From contig OY970166.1 in the NCBI GenBank assembly GCA_963706595.1, positions 1,696,001-1,760,000 on the forward strand: DNA of 64,000 nt, given 5' to 3'. Source of the DNA: an uncultured cyanobacterium. GTDB taxonomy: Bacteria; Cyanobacteriota; Cyanobacteriia; Cyanobacteriales; Nostocaceae. The notes beneath the pieces are model-generated. The model was not told where the DNA came from and searched no databases. It was given only the letters and a program-made list of their open reading frames with translations. This document shows positions 53,513-64,000 of this stretch, piece by piece; the stretch's first letter is position 1, and the number at the start of each line of letters is the position of its first letter. A program made the translations under genes and the position numbers.

Positions 53513-55075
53513 ATGATTCAAATTAATGGGAATGGCAACGGTAAAGTAAAAAGTGATGTTAAAGATTCGCGGGTACTCACATCTTTAAACAAGGCTTCTC
53601 ATCAGCCTTTAGCAAATGCCAATTATACTAATTTTGACCAATCAGTTGTGTTACGCCAATCTCCAATTTGGTCACGCACAATTATGATGACTTTAATCGG
53701 ACTAGCTTGTTTTGGCATTACTTGGGCTTATTTCGCCAAAATCGAGCAAGTAGTACCTGCTACAGGTCAACTCAAGCCGGAAGGGACAGTCAAAGAAGTT
53801 CAAGCCCCTGTGAGTGGAGTAGTAAAATCGGTTCATGTAAAAGATGGAGAAAAAGTCAACCCAGGAGATTTGCTGCTAACTTTTGAAACTGTTGCTACAG
53901 TTGCTGAATTAGATGCTTTAAAAAAGATTCGCACGGCGTTAACCGAAGAAAATCAAATTTATCGTCAGTTAATGGCAACTAGTTATACTACAGCATCTGA
54001 AGTGGAATTTTCACGTGGTAAATTACCAGTAGATGCCGAGTTTCTTTTGAAAAGTAGGACAGCTTTAGTTAAAGAAAATGAATTGTTACGTGCTGAATTA
54101 AGCAACTTAAATACAGCTACAGGTTTAGGAGTTGATGAACAACAACGCTTACAATTTGCTCAAAGAGAATTTGATTCTCGCTCTGCTGCAAGACAGTTAG
54201 AAGTAGAGAAAACTAAGAAAGAACTTGCTCAAATAGAAGTGAGAAAGAGTAATACTCAATCTAGTTTAACTATTCAGCAGAGTATTTTAGACAAAATTAA
54301 AACCCTGGCTGAGGAAGGTGGTATTTCTCAGCTTCAATATCTCAATCAACAACAACAAGTCCAAACACTCACAGCCGAAATAGCGCAATTAGATCAGGAA
54401 CAGCAAAGGCTACAGTTTGGAATTGAGCAAGGACAGCAGGAACTGCAAAATACTGTGGCTGCTTCCGGTAAAAACGTGTTAGAAAAAATAGCTGATAATA
54501 AAAAACGTATTGCCGAAATTGATAGCCAATTCATGAGAATTGTGCTAAGTAATCAACAAACATTGGCAGATATAAATAGTAAAATTTCTCAAGCTCAGTT
54601 GAATTTTCAATATCAAGAACTGCGCGCTCCTGTAGCCGGAACAATTTTTGACTTACAAGCAAAAAGCCCGGGTTTTGTCGCCAATGCGAGTCAGGAAGTC
54701 TTGCAAATTGTACCTGATGATAAATATATTGCTGAAGTTTTTATCACCAATAAAGATATTGGTTTTGTGCGGGAAGGAATGCATACAGATGTGAGAATTG
54801 ATTCTTTTCCTTTTAGCCAGTTTGGGGATATTAAAGGAAAAGTAATTAGTATCGGTTCAGACGCATTACCACCTGATGAAACATATCAGTTTTATAGATT
54901 TCCGGCAACAATTAGTTTGGATAAACAAAATTTAGATATTCAGGGTAGAAATATCTCGTTACAATCTGGAATGTCAATTGTCGCCAATATTAAGGTACGT
55001 GAAGAACGTACAGTCATGAGTCTATTTACAGAAATGTTTACTAAACAAGTTGATAGTTTGAAAGAAGTACGTTAA
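53513..55075 (+). CDS. HlyD family T1SS membrane fusion protein
   Basis: ATGQLKP..VQAPVSG, KDIGFV..RIDSFPFSQFG, LQSGMS. Confidence 0.93.
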   Translation: MIQINGNGNGKVKSDVKDSRVLTSLNKASHQPLANANYTNFDQSVVLRQSPIWSRTIMMTLIGLACFGITWAYFAKIEQVVPATGQLKPEGTVKEVQAPVSGVVKSVHVKDGEKVNPGDLLLTFETVATVAELDALKKIRTALTEENQIYRQLMATSYTTASEVEFSRGKLPVDAEFLLKSRTALVKENELLRAELSNLNTATGLGVDEQQRLQFAQREFDSRSAARQLEVEKTKKELAQIEVRKSNTQSSLTIQQSILDKIKTLAEEGGISQLQYLNQQQQVQTLTAEIAQLDQEQQRLQFGIEQGQQELQNTVAASGKNVLEKIADNKKRIAEIDSQFMRIVLSNQQTLADINSKISQAQLNFQYQELRAPVAGTIFDLQAKSPGFVANASQEVLQIVPDDKYIAEVFITNKDIGFVREGMHTDVRIDSFPFSQFGDIKGKVISIGSDALPPDETYQFYRFPATISLDKQNLDIQGRNISLQSGMSIVANIKVREERTVMSLFTEMFTKQVDSLKEVR

Positions 55076-55116
55076 TCAAGAGTTTGTAGTGAGGCTTTCA
55101 ACCCTCATTGAGAATA

Positions 55117-55215
55117 TATAGAGGTATCCACTTCAATGAAGTACATCATAGCCTCCTCCTCGCTTGCGGGGAGGGGGTTGGGTTCTTGTATCTCACTTAA
55201 CTGATAACCGCTATA
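55117..55215. mobile_element. MITE, inverted relative of 16902-17006
   Basis: atcatagcctcctcctcgcttgcggggaggggg core; ends in cgctata. Confidence 0.65.
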
Positions 55216-55217
55216 TC

Positions 55218-55408
55218 AGGACTTACGCACTGTACAAATTAATCATGGTATGCTGTTACCAAAAATAGCCAATTTTCGGCTTGGAACAACGATTATGTTG
55301 ATAGTAAACATACCCGTGTGGTAGGGGTTTAGCAATGCTAAACCCCTACGAAATATCTGCTTTTTAGTGTTACGCATATTGGATATTTATTGTCAAGGCG
55401 TAAGTCCT
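55218..55408. mobile_element. MITE with aggacttacgc/gcgtaagtcct TIRs and central REP-like hairpin
   Basis: Perfect 11-bp TIRs; hairpin at 55321-55349. Confidence 0.8.
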
Positions 55409-55770
55409 AATTATCACATACAGGAATACAATTTTATTTATGCCCTATTTTAGGCTTGTCAGCGCAAAGCGCAGGCTACGCCAACAAAAATTAAATATTA
55501 GTCATATATATTTCAATACCGTTCAGTTAGCGTCAAACACCTTAAAATGTGTAGGTTGGGTTGTTCGCGTTAGCGTTGCGGAGCAATGGAACGTTAACGT
55601 AGTTTACCGAAGGCGTAACCCAACATTTCCGGGGGCTAAATATATTGGTTTCTTTGGGGTGTAACAGTTGAGGGTGCGGAATGTGGGTTGTAAAGCAAGG
55701 GTGAAAACTATCATTTCTAGGCGGGTGTAGAAACCAACAGAACAGCTATTGTTTGATGAAGTTAATATCC

Positions 55771-58059
55771 TTACTTAAAAAATACCTGAAAAATTACTGA
55801 AAAAATATCATTTGTTGTTTGTAATTCTTGACCAAAAGTATCATCACCAAAATCATGAATATTTCTGCCCCAGTTAAAAGTAATACTAGAAAGATTAGAA
55901 CTACTACCCCATGAATACTTTGAGGAAATGCCATAACTATCAATACTTCTTTGGGGTGAAAAATAAGCAGTTAAGCTGGCATTTTTACCCAAGGATGCAG
56001 TTAAACTGGCTTGAATTTTATTACCAGTTGAATCTGGTAATAAGTCTAAAAGTTGACTAATCCTAAAAGATAAATTTCTCCAATTGATATTTGTACCAAC
56101 ACTTAAAAAATTATCAACGGGATTATCTAAAAAATTAGCATCATCTCGATCCCAAGCGTAACGAAATCCTGTAAATAAACTCAAGTTGCTAGTAGAACTT
56201 AATCTAAATTGTTTTGATAAACTGCCTTCGACTTTACTATAATAATCTTTATCACCATTATCATAGGCGATCGCCCCCACATTTAACAACCAATTATCCC
56301 AATTAATTGTATAATCTCCACCTACATAAACTTTCAGATCCTCGGAAAATATCGCCCCAGTATAGTAACGCAAAACACTATTGTAATTAGTAATATTACC
56401 TGTAAAACTTACATGAGGGTAATAATTAGTTTTCTCATTCAAAGTATTAATAGTCTCAAAATTCACATCTCTCTCCAAAACAGACACATAAGCTTGAATA
56501 TAAAAATTATTTAAGTCCGCAGAATTGATGCTATTAGCAATGCCATTATCATTAGTTGCTAGTGCAAAATTCACATCAGAATTAATTCCACCTTCTCCTC
56601 CCACTCTCACAGTTCTTTTTTCTTCCCCAGTGGGAACATAGCGAAATGTTTGAGGAAAAGATCGTTTTGTAACTGGAGATATTCCCAACCAGACACTATT
56701 AAATTTACCCGCAGGTATGTTTGATTTTCTATTAACTGCATCACCATTATTAGCAGTTCTTTGATTATGTACTGCTTCCCCTACACCACCTTGATAAATC
56801 ACAAAACTATTAGCAGGAACTCTAATATTATTCGCCGCATTAAATAAATTTTTGTTAATATTAGTATTGGCGTTTTCAGGTAAACCTGCTAAACTTGGTT
56901 CTACATCTGGTAAAATTTCCCCCACCGCACCTAATGCAGAATTTAAACCGAAATTCTCATCATTAACTATGAGATTTACACCTTTAATAGTTCTCCCTAA
57001 AACTGCTTTTTCTGCATTAGTTTTGACAATTTGGCGCACTCGGTAATAACCCAAGCTATAGGTATTATCAATAGATTCCTGACGAGTAATAGAAGTTTGA
57101 TTAGATTGACTATTTCCTGGAGTAGCACCAATATTAGGTAAATATAAATCTATTCCTACGAATTCACCATTTACACCTTGATTTTGCCAACCTGGTAATT
57201 TAATAATTGCCAAAGTTTCGGGAGAAACCACATCACCAATATTACCTAATTGTTCAATCCGAGTCGGAACCAAAAATCTTGGTTCAATACTATTTCTATT
57301 CACCACTAAAGGAGGTAATAAATTACATTGTTCTCCAGAAATGGCAGCATTATTATTAACTAAATCACAGGGTCCAATAAAAGTTTGTTGTAATTCAAAA
57401 CCTCTTAATGTTTGTGGTTGGGATTGAATAATGGAAACTTGGCGATTTTCATTAATTGTTCGCAGTTGAATATAATCTGCTTGAAAATCAGAGGTAAAAA
57501 TATTATCCTGGGAAAGACTTTGAATAACTTGACTGTCAACTTGATAAAGAGCATTAATATATAAATTATCAGTACGTTCATTACCAAATACGAACTGACT
57601 ATTTACCACAGCTTTAGTTAAATGATTAACCGTCAAATCATTCAGAGAAAAAGTAGTTAAAATTGCTGGTACTTTATCTTTAGGAACTGCTTGAGGTGGA
57701 GTTTTATAAATGTTATCCCCAGGATTAGAATCATCTGATGGAATTTCTATAGGTTGTGGAATTTCTAAACTTTCTTGGTTGGGATTATTTAGAGGTAATA
57801 AATCTGATGCTTGATGAGAAAAACTTGGCTGATTCTCTTCGATATTTTCAGGAATACTCTTGATTTGAGGAAGATTATTTTTAACATCCTCTAATATTTG
57901 CAGTTTATTTAAGTTAGTGTCGGGTATGATTTCCGAAATGGATTCAGCTATTGGTTGATTTTCTTCTGCTTTTACTGGAGTCTGTTGAGTAACCAATATC
58001 TGGGATAAGCTGATGAAAATTTTCAGAAAAATTTTAATAAGACTTGCCGATTTTTTCAC
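55771..58059 (-). CDS. Secreted protein with probable C-terminal outer-membrane beta-barrel
   Basis: Signal-like N-terminus (..PVKA|EE), amphipathic beta-strand-rich C-terminus ending IFQVFFK. Confidence 0.65.
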   Translation of the reverse strand: MKKSASLIKIFLKIFISLSQILVTQQTPVKAEENQPIAESISEIIPDTNLNKLQILEDVKNNLPQIKSIPENIEENQPSFSHQASDLLPLNNPNQESLEIPQPIEIPSDDSNPGDNIYKTPPQAVPKDKVPAILTTFSLNDLTVNHLTKAVVNSQFVFGNERTDNLYINALYQVDSQVIQSLSQDNIFTSDFQADYIQLRTINENRQVSIIQSQPQTLRGFELQQTFIGPCDLVNNNAAISGEQCNLLPPLVVNRNSIEPRFLVPTRIEQLGNIGDVVSPETLAIIKLPGWQNQGVNGEFVGIDLYLPNIGATPGNSQSNQTSITRQESIDNTYSLGYYRVRQIVKTNAEKAVLGRTIKGVNLIVNDENFGLNSALGAVGEILPDVEPSLAGLPENANTNINKNLFNAANNIRVPANSFVIYQGGVGEAVHNQRTANNGDAVNRKSNIPAGKFNSVWLGISPVTKRSFPQTFRYVPTGEEKRTVRVGGEGGINSDVNFALATNDNGIANSINSADLNNFYIQAYVSVLERDVNFETINTLNEKTNYYPHVSFTGNITNYNSVLRYYTGAIFSEDLKVYVGGDYTINWDNWLLNVGAIAYDNGDKDYYSKVEGSLSKQFRLSSTSNLSLFTGFRYAWDRDDANFLDNPVDNFLSVGTNINWRNLSFRISQLLDLLPDSTGNKIQASLTASLGKNASLTAYFSPQRSIDSYGISSKYSWGSSSNLSSITFNWGRNIHDFGDDTFGQELQTTNDIFSVIFQVFFK

Positions 58060-58117
58060 AATTATTAAATAGGATTAATGTTGAAGATTTAAAAAAAACT
58101 TTGTGAATACAGGAAAA

Positions 58118-58142
58118 ATAACCTTTCTCAAAGAAAGGTTAT
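58118..58142 (-). terminator. Stem-loop between the small secreted protein gene and the barrel gene
   Basis: ataacctttct-caa-agaaaggttat. Confidence 0.6.
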
Positions 58143-58200
58143 TACTTAGAAGATATTTCGATTAGTTAATAACTTACTGAAGTATTAACATTTATGGTAT

Positions 58201-58593
58201 CTAAGGTGTGTTAATAATGGCTACTGTTCCACCTGTGACATCAATATTGACATCGTTGGCATCCAATTGGTTAGCTTGTATTGCGCCTAAACTAAGAGCA
58301 TCTTCAACAGCAATGGACTGAATATAAACGCTAGATCCAGTTAAGGTAATCTCACCACCAGTACCTCCAGCAAAAGCTTCTGTACCCGCACCACCATTAG
58401 TCACAGCACCTGCATAAGCTGTACTTTTACCAACTGCAACAGCAGCAGATGCTTCAGTTACGTTAACGCCATCTAAGATAAAAGAAGCAGAACCAGCAAC
58501 ACCACCTTCTCCAGCAAAAGCAGAGGTAGCAACACCGAAACTTCCAGCAACAACAGCAGCAGCAACTAATAATTGAGATTTGATTTTCAACAT
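58201..58593 (-). CDS. Small Gly/Ala-rich secreted protein
   Basis: Sec signal MLKIKSQLLVAAAVVAGSFGVATSAFA; beta-prone mature part. Confidence 0.75.
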   Translation of the reverse strand: MLKIKSQLLVAAAVVAGSFGVATSAFAGEGGVAGSASFILDGVNVTEASAAVAVGKSTAYAGAVTNGGAGTEAFAGGTGGEITLTGSSVYIQSIAVEDALSLGAIQANQLDANDVNIDVTGGTVAIINTP

Positions 58594-58770
58594 GGTAATT
58601 CTTCCCTGATTTGAGTTTTGGATTTGTAAATTAATTGAGAACAAGCAGTTCTCAGTCAGGTTGTGGATATATGAAACTTGACTGAGGATGTAGGTTATTA
58701 ACCTAACGGTGGAGAACGAACCCCAATTTGAGTCATGTTTTTTAGTCGTTGAGTATGTAAATTACAGCAT

Positions 58771-61700
58771 TCATACGGACAAAGTATATGAAATCTCACC
58801 AATTGCGACATTACCAACAGTGGCTAAGGTTTCTGTTCCTGATTTAATCAGCACATTACTACCACTCTTTTCTTCAAAGGTAGTGATACTACCCAGAACT
58901 AGAACTTCGTCTATACCTATTTGATAGTCAATGATTCTATCTATTCCTTGTCCAGCGCCGATGACAAAGGTATCTATTCCGTCTCCACCAGTGTAGCGGT
59001 CGTTTCCTGTGCCACCATCAAGGTAGTCATTGCCTGAACCACCGAAGAGAATGTCTGCACCTGTACCACCGTAGAGGCTGTCATTGCCATCATCACCGTA
59101 GAGGCGGTCATTGCCATCATCACCATAGATGGTGTCGTTATCATTACCACCGTAGCCAATGTCTGCACCTGTACCTAAGAAAATGGTGTCATTGCCATTG
59201 AAACCGTAGATGCGATCATTGCCATCTAAAGCATCCATGATGTCATCAGCAGCTGTACCTCTGCCAATCTCACTACCAGAGGTAAATTCTTGGATATCTG
59301 TGACACTCAAGCTGTAAGCAGTAGTGGCATCTGGTGTTGCACCTACTGTGGTGTCATCTACATCAACGTTGACATTGTAACTGGTCTGGGTTTCAAAATC
59401 CAATGTGGTGCCGGCTTTGAGATATAAGGCATGACTGATAATTTCAAAGAAGCTGGCATCAGCGCCACTCAAGCTGAGGTTATTTGTTCCCAGTTCATCA
59501 TCAGTGATAGCAATATCTGCCACCTTAACGGCGCTGGTGGTGTCAGTATTTTCAAGCAAGCTGGTAATAGTGTTGCTGAGAGTGACGGTTGTAGGCGGGT
59601 TGTTGACAATACTTAAAGTCGTTGTCGCCAATGCACTGATATTGGAACTGGCAGCACCATCATCAACTACAAACTCAATTGTCCGGTCAGTGGTATCAAC
59701 AGAAGCCGCCGTATTGTTGTAAGTGATGGTACGGAGGACTTGCTGATATTCGGCAACAGTACCTATGCCACTTAAAGTCAGAACCCCATTGTCGTAACTA
59801 GAGGTAATGCTGCCTGTGGTAGTGGCAGTGAGAGTTTCATCACCATCATTCAAAAGGTTGGTAATAGTAACAGTTGCCCCCACGAGGTTGGCTGAGTTAC
59901 GGTCTACTAGGCTCAAATTGGTATCAACAACTACAACAGGAGTGCCACTAAAAGAGGTATTGAAATCAATGTCGGACAATTGAGAAAGTTCGAGAACCCC
60001 ACTAGAGCCGATACCAGCCCGACCAAACACCACGTAGCTCTGCCCTGAATTACTGCCGTTGGGGTCGGCACCCCTTGCCCCAATAATCAGGTCATCAATG
60101 CCGTCGCCGTTGATGTCCCCGGCGCTGCTGACAGAACTGCCTGAGTAGTCAATCGCATTAATGCCGTTAATAGCGAAGCCGTTGCTGCCGTCGAGGCTGG
60201 AGAGGTTGAGGGTGGAACCCAAGCCACTGCTGCTGCCAAACACCACGTAGCTCTGCCCTGAACGATTATTGCCGTTGGGGGAGGCAAAGTATGCCCCAAT
60301 AATCAGGTCATCAATGCCGTCGCCGTTGATGTCGCCCGCGCTGCTGACTGAATCGCCTGAGAAGTCATCTGCTGCAATGCCGTTAATAGCGAAGCCGTTG
60401 CTGCCGTCGAGGCTGGAGAGGTTGAGGGTGGAACCCAAGCCACTGCTGCTGCCAAACACCACGTAGCTCTGCCCTGAACGATTATTGCCGTTGGGGGAGG
60501 CACGGTTTGCCCCAATAATCAGGTCATCAATGCCGTCGCCGTTGATGTCCCCGGCGCTGCTGACAGACCTGCCTGAGCTGTCAAATTCTGCAATGCCGTT
60601 AATAGCGAAGCCGTTGCTGCCGTCGAGGCTGGAGAGGTTGAGGGTGGAACCCAAGCCACTGCTGCTACCAAACACCACGTAGCTCTGCCCTGAAAAATTG
60701 CCGTTGGGGTCGGCACTGCTTGCCCCAATAATCAGGTCATCAATGCCGTCGCCGTTGATGTCCCCCGCGCTGCTGACAGACCTGCCTGAGCTGTCAAAGG
60801 CATTAATGCCGTTAATAGCGAAGCCGTTGCTGCCGTCGAGGCTGGAGAGGTTGAGGGTGGAACTGAAGCTACTGCTGCTGCCAAACACCACGTAGCTCTG
60901 CCCTGAACTACTGCCGTTGGGGTCGGCACTGCTTGCCCCAATCATCAGGTCATCAATGCCGTCGCCGTTGATGTCCCCCGCGCTGCTGACAGACCTGCCT
61001 GAGAAGTCAAAGGCATTAATGCCGTTAATAGCGAAGCCGTTGCTGCCGTCGAGGCTGGAGAGGTTGAGGGTGGAACTGAAGCCACTGCTGCTGCCAAACA
61101 CCACGTAGCTCTGCCCTGAACTACTGCCGTTCGGGGAGGCACTGCTTGCCCCAATCATCAGGTCATCAATGCCGTCGCCGTTGATGTCCCCGGCGCTGCT
61201 GACTGAAAGTCCTGATCTGTCACTCGCATTAATGCCGTTAATAGCGAAGCCGTTGCTGCCGTCGAGGCTGGAGAGGTTGAGGGTGGAACCCAAGCCACTG
61301 CTGCTGCCAAACACCACGTAGCTCTGCCCTGAATAATCATTGCCGTTGGGGTCGGCACCGAATGCCCCAATCATCAGGTCATCAATGCCGTCGCCGTTGA
61401 TGTCCCCGGCGCTGCTGACTGAATAGCCTGAGCTATCACCCGCATTAATGCCGTTAATAGCGAAGCCGTTGCTGCCGTCGAGGTCGAGGACAGGAGCGGC
61501 GTTGCCAAACACCACGTAGCTCTGCCCTGAATTACTGCCGTTGGGGTCGGCACGGTTTGCCCCAATAATCAGGTCATCAATGCCGTCGCCGTTGATGTCC
61601 CCCGCGCTGCTGACTGAATTGCCTGAAAAGTCACCTGCATTAATGCCGTTAATAGCGAAGCCGTTGCTGCCGTCGAGGGTGGAGAGGTTGAGGGTGGAAC

Positions 61701-62989
61701 TGAAGCCACTGCTGCTGCCAAACACCACGTAGCTCTGCCCTGAATTACTGCCGTTGGGGTCGGCATCGGATGCCCGAATAATCAGGTCATCAATGCCGTC
61801 GCCGTTGATGTCCCCGGCGCTGCTGACTGAAAAGCCTGAGTTATCACCCGCAATAATGCCGTTAATAGCGAAGCCGTTGCTGCCATCGAGGTTAGAGAGG
61901 TTGAGGGTGGAACCCAAGCCACTGCTGCTGCCAAACACCACGTAGCTCTGCCCTGAATCACCGCCGTTGGGGTCGGCACGGTTTGCCCCAATAATCAGGT
62001 CATCAATGCCGTCGCCGTTGATGTCGCCGGCGCTGCTGACAGACCTGCCTGATCTGTCACCCGCATTAATGCCGTTAATAGCGAAGCCGTTGTTGCCGTC
62101 GAGGTTAGAGAGGTTGAGGGTGGAACCCAAGCCACTGCTGCTGCCAAACACCACGTAGCTCTGCCCTGAACCATTATTGCCGTTGGGGGAGGCACCGTTT
62201 GCCCCAATAATCAGGTCATCAATGCCGTCGCCGTTGATGTCCCCCGCGCTGCTGACAGAACTGCCTGAGTAGTAATCTGTTGCAATGCCGTTAATAGCGA
62301 AGCCGTTGTTGCCGTCGAGGTTAGAGAGGTTGAGGGTGGAACCCAAGCCACTGCTGCTGCCAAACACCACGTAGCTCTGCCCTGAAGCACCGCCGTTGGG
62401 GTCGGCACCATAAGCCCCAATAATCAGGTCATCAATGCCGTCGCCGTTGATGTCCCCGGCGCTGCTGACAGACGAGCCTGAGCTGTCACCCGCATTAATG
62501 CCGTTAATTTTGAAGCCGTTGCTGCCGTCGAGGCTGGAGAGGTTGAGGGTGGAACCCAAGCCACTGCTGCTGCCAAACACCACGTAGCTCTGCCCTGAAG
62601 CAACGCCGTTGGGGTCGGCATACTTTGCCCCAATAATCAGGTCATCAATGCCGTCGCCGTTGATGTCCCCGGCGCTGCTGACAGACGAGCCTGAGAAGTC
62701 ACCCGCATTAATGCCGTTAATTTTGAAGCCGTTGCTGCCGTCGAGGCTGGAGAGGTTGAGGGTGGAACCCAAGCCACTGCTGCTGCCAAACACTACGTAG
62801 CTCTGCCCTGAATCACCGCCGTTGGGGTCGGCACCGATAAGCCCCAATAATCAGGTCATCAATGCCGTCGCCGTTGATGTCCCCCGCGCTGCTGACTGAA
62901 AAGCCTGAGTTGTCATTTGCTGCAATGCCGTTAATTTTGAAGCCGTTGCTGCCGTCGAGGCTGGAGAGGTTGAATGTGGAATTTGTCAT
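58771..62989 (-). pseudogene. FG-GAP (integrin-alpha-like) repeat protein with cadherin-like and RTX domains; +1 frameshift at ~62836
   Basis: 14 GDINGDGIDDL repeats; GGxGxD nonapeptides at the C-terminus; ATG 62989 frame breaks at an extra base in repeat 1. Confidence 0.8.
59990..62980 (-). repeat. Intragenic 213-216-bp tandem FG-GAP repeats (14 units)
   Basis: Recurrent aggtcatcaatgccgtcgccgttgatgtc. Confidence 0.95.
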
Positions 62990-63012
62990 GTTTTTAAGTG
63001 TTTTTGTCGTAA

Positions 63013-64000
63013 TTATGCGGGATTTTTAGCGTAAACAGCATCATTATCATTGTTGCCAATGGTAATTACCCTTCTGATTTGATCACTGCGAAAACCGATC
63101 GCCATCGGAGAGCGAATTTGTGGTAATACTGCTATGTCATACAATTCGTTAACTACGCCTTCGATGTTCAGGGAGTGAACGATATCCCCTGTTTTCAGGT
63201 CTATAACCAACAAACCGCACCTAGCAGTAGTATCTTTGGCCGCCAGCTTGTCATCTAGGGGTAAGCCACTCAAGGTTTTGGTATGACGGGATTCGGAAAT
63301 ACCAACAATGGCAAAGTTGTGATGAAATGCCAGTCCTCTTTGATAACCTGGACAAAAGGCTATGGCCTGAAATTTGCCTGTTTGTAAGTCTGCATAACCA
63401 AATTCCCCTGTTCCGGAATTAAGTAACCACAATTTGTCTTGATACCATCGGGGTGAGTGGGGCATGGATAGTCCTGCTAAGACTATTTCGTTGCTGTCAA
63501 TGTCTATAATGCAACCTCCTTCTACCCGCTTTTGTCGCCAACCCTCGTTAATATCCGACTTACTAATAACGCTGACGTATTTAGGCTTGCCATCTTTTAG
63601 TGCCACTCCGTTGAGATGACATCTATCCTCTGCTGCGAGTTTAGATATGAATGGTGGTTGCCAAACTGGGATAAAACTATGGGTTTGGCTAACAGTGGCT
63701 AAACAGCTAAATAAAGTGTTAGCAAAAACTATTTGTTGCTTGTCATCAACGACAATATCGTGAATATCTAAGTCCCCTGTGATGTAACCAACTTGGGGTA
63801 GATATACGGCATCGTGATTATTATAAGTTTCCCCTGGTGCGAGGGTATTTTCAAATCGCCACAGTTGGTAAAGGGTGCTAATATAAAGGCTGTTACCTGT
63901 GGCATATAAGCCCATACACCTGTCTAGGGTGCGCTCGAATACAGCTAGTTTACCAGTTGGTTCTAAGCCGATAAAAAATACTTTACCTGCTTGGTAAGTG
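63013..64000 (-). CDS. TIGR03032 (DUF4915) family protein, 5' end beyond the window
   Basis: TGDLDIHD, EDRCHLNG, GLSMPHSPRW, FCPGY.RGL; frame stays open to the window edge. Confidence 0.9.
   Translation of the reverse strand, partial: TYQAGKVFFIGLEPTGKLAVFERTLDRCMGLYATGNSLYISTLYQLWRFENTLAPGETYNNHDAVYLPQVGYITGDLDIHDIVVDDKQQIVFANTLFSCLATVSQTHSFIPVWQPPFISKLAAEDRCHLNGVALKDGKPKYVSVISKSDINEGWRQKRVEGGCIIDIDSNEIVLAGLSMPHSPRWYQDKLWLLNSGTGEFGYADLQTGKFQAIAFCPGYQRGLAFHHNFAIVGISESRHTKTLSGLPLDDKLAAKDTTARCGLLVIDLKTGDIVHSLNIEGVVNELYDIAVLPQIRSPMAIGFRSDQIRRVITIGNNDNDAVYAKNPA

Noticed and set aside
60087..62800. Series of ~60-70 aa ORFs on both strands
   Set aside because: Alternate-frame shadows of the FG-GAP tandem repeat

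Overview
64-kb chromosomal window from a heterocyst-forming cyanobacterium (Nostocales; judged from frequent HIP1 GCGATCGC octamers, STRR heptamer repeats, apcF-glnA-gifA synteny and devBCA homologues). Core loci: apcF, glnA/gifA with NtcA boxes, stress genes (csbD-like, ymgE-like, dps, ChaB-like, STAS/PP2C), sigG/anti-sigma, L,D-transpeptidase, cdgR-like, M23 peptidase, devBCA-like + TetR, SulP + USP, and a PpiC-HlyB-HlyD type I secretion locus beside an FG-GAP/RTX protein and a TIGR03032 gene. Highlights: (1) a ~5.2-kb island bounded by a duplication of the tlyA 5' end, encoding an NLR-like NACHT-HEAT-metallophosphoesterase whose 16 near-identical 93-bp repeats vary mainly at a hypervariable di-residue; (2) a 3992-aa nuclease/phytase/2xGDPD phosphorus-scavenging protein with a Pho-box-like promoter; (3) a HIP1-bounded PD-(D/E)XK-like gene; (4) an orphan structured RNA candidate upstream of sigG; (5) many MITEs and small repeats, some nested or in-frame; (6) two single-base frameshifts. 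No tRNA, rRNA, CRISPR array or transposase was recognised. All family calls come from motif recognition by eye, not database searches.
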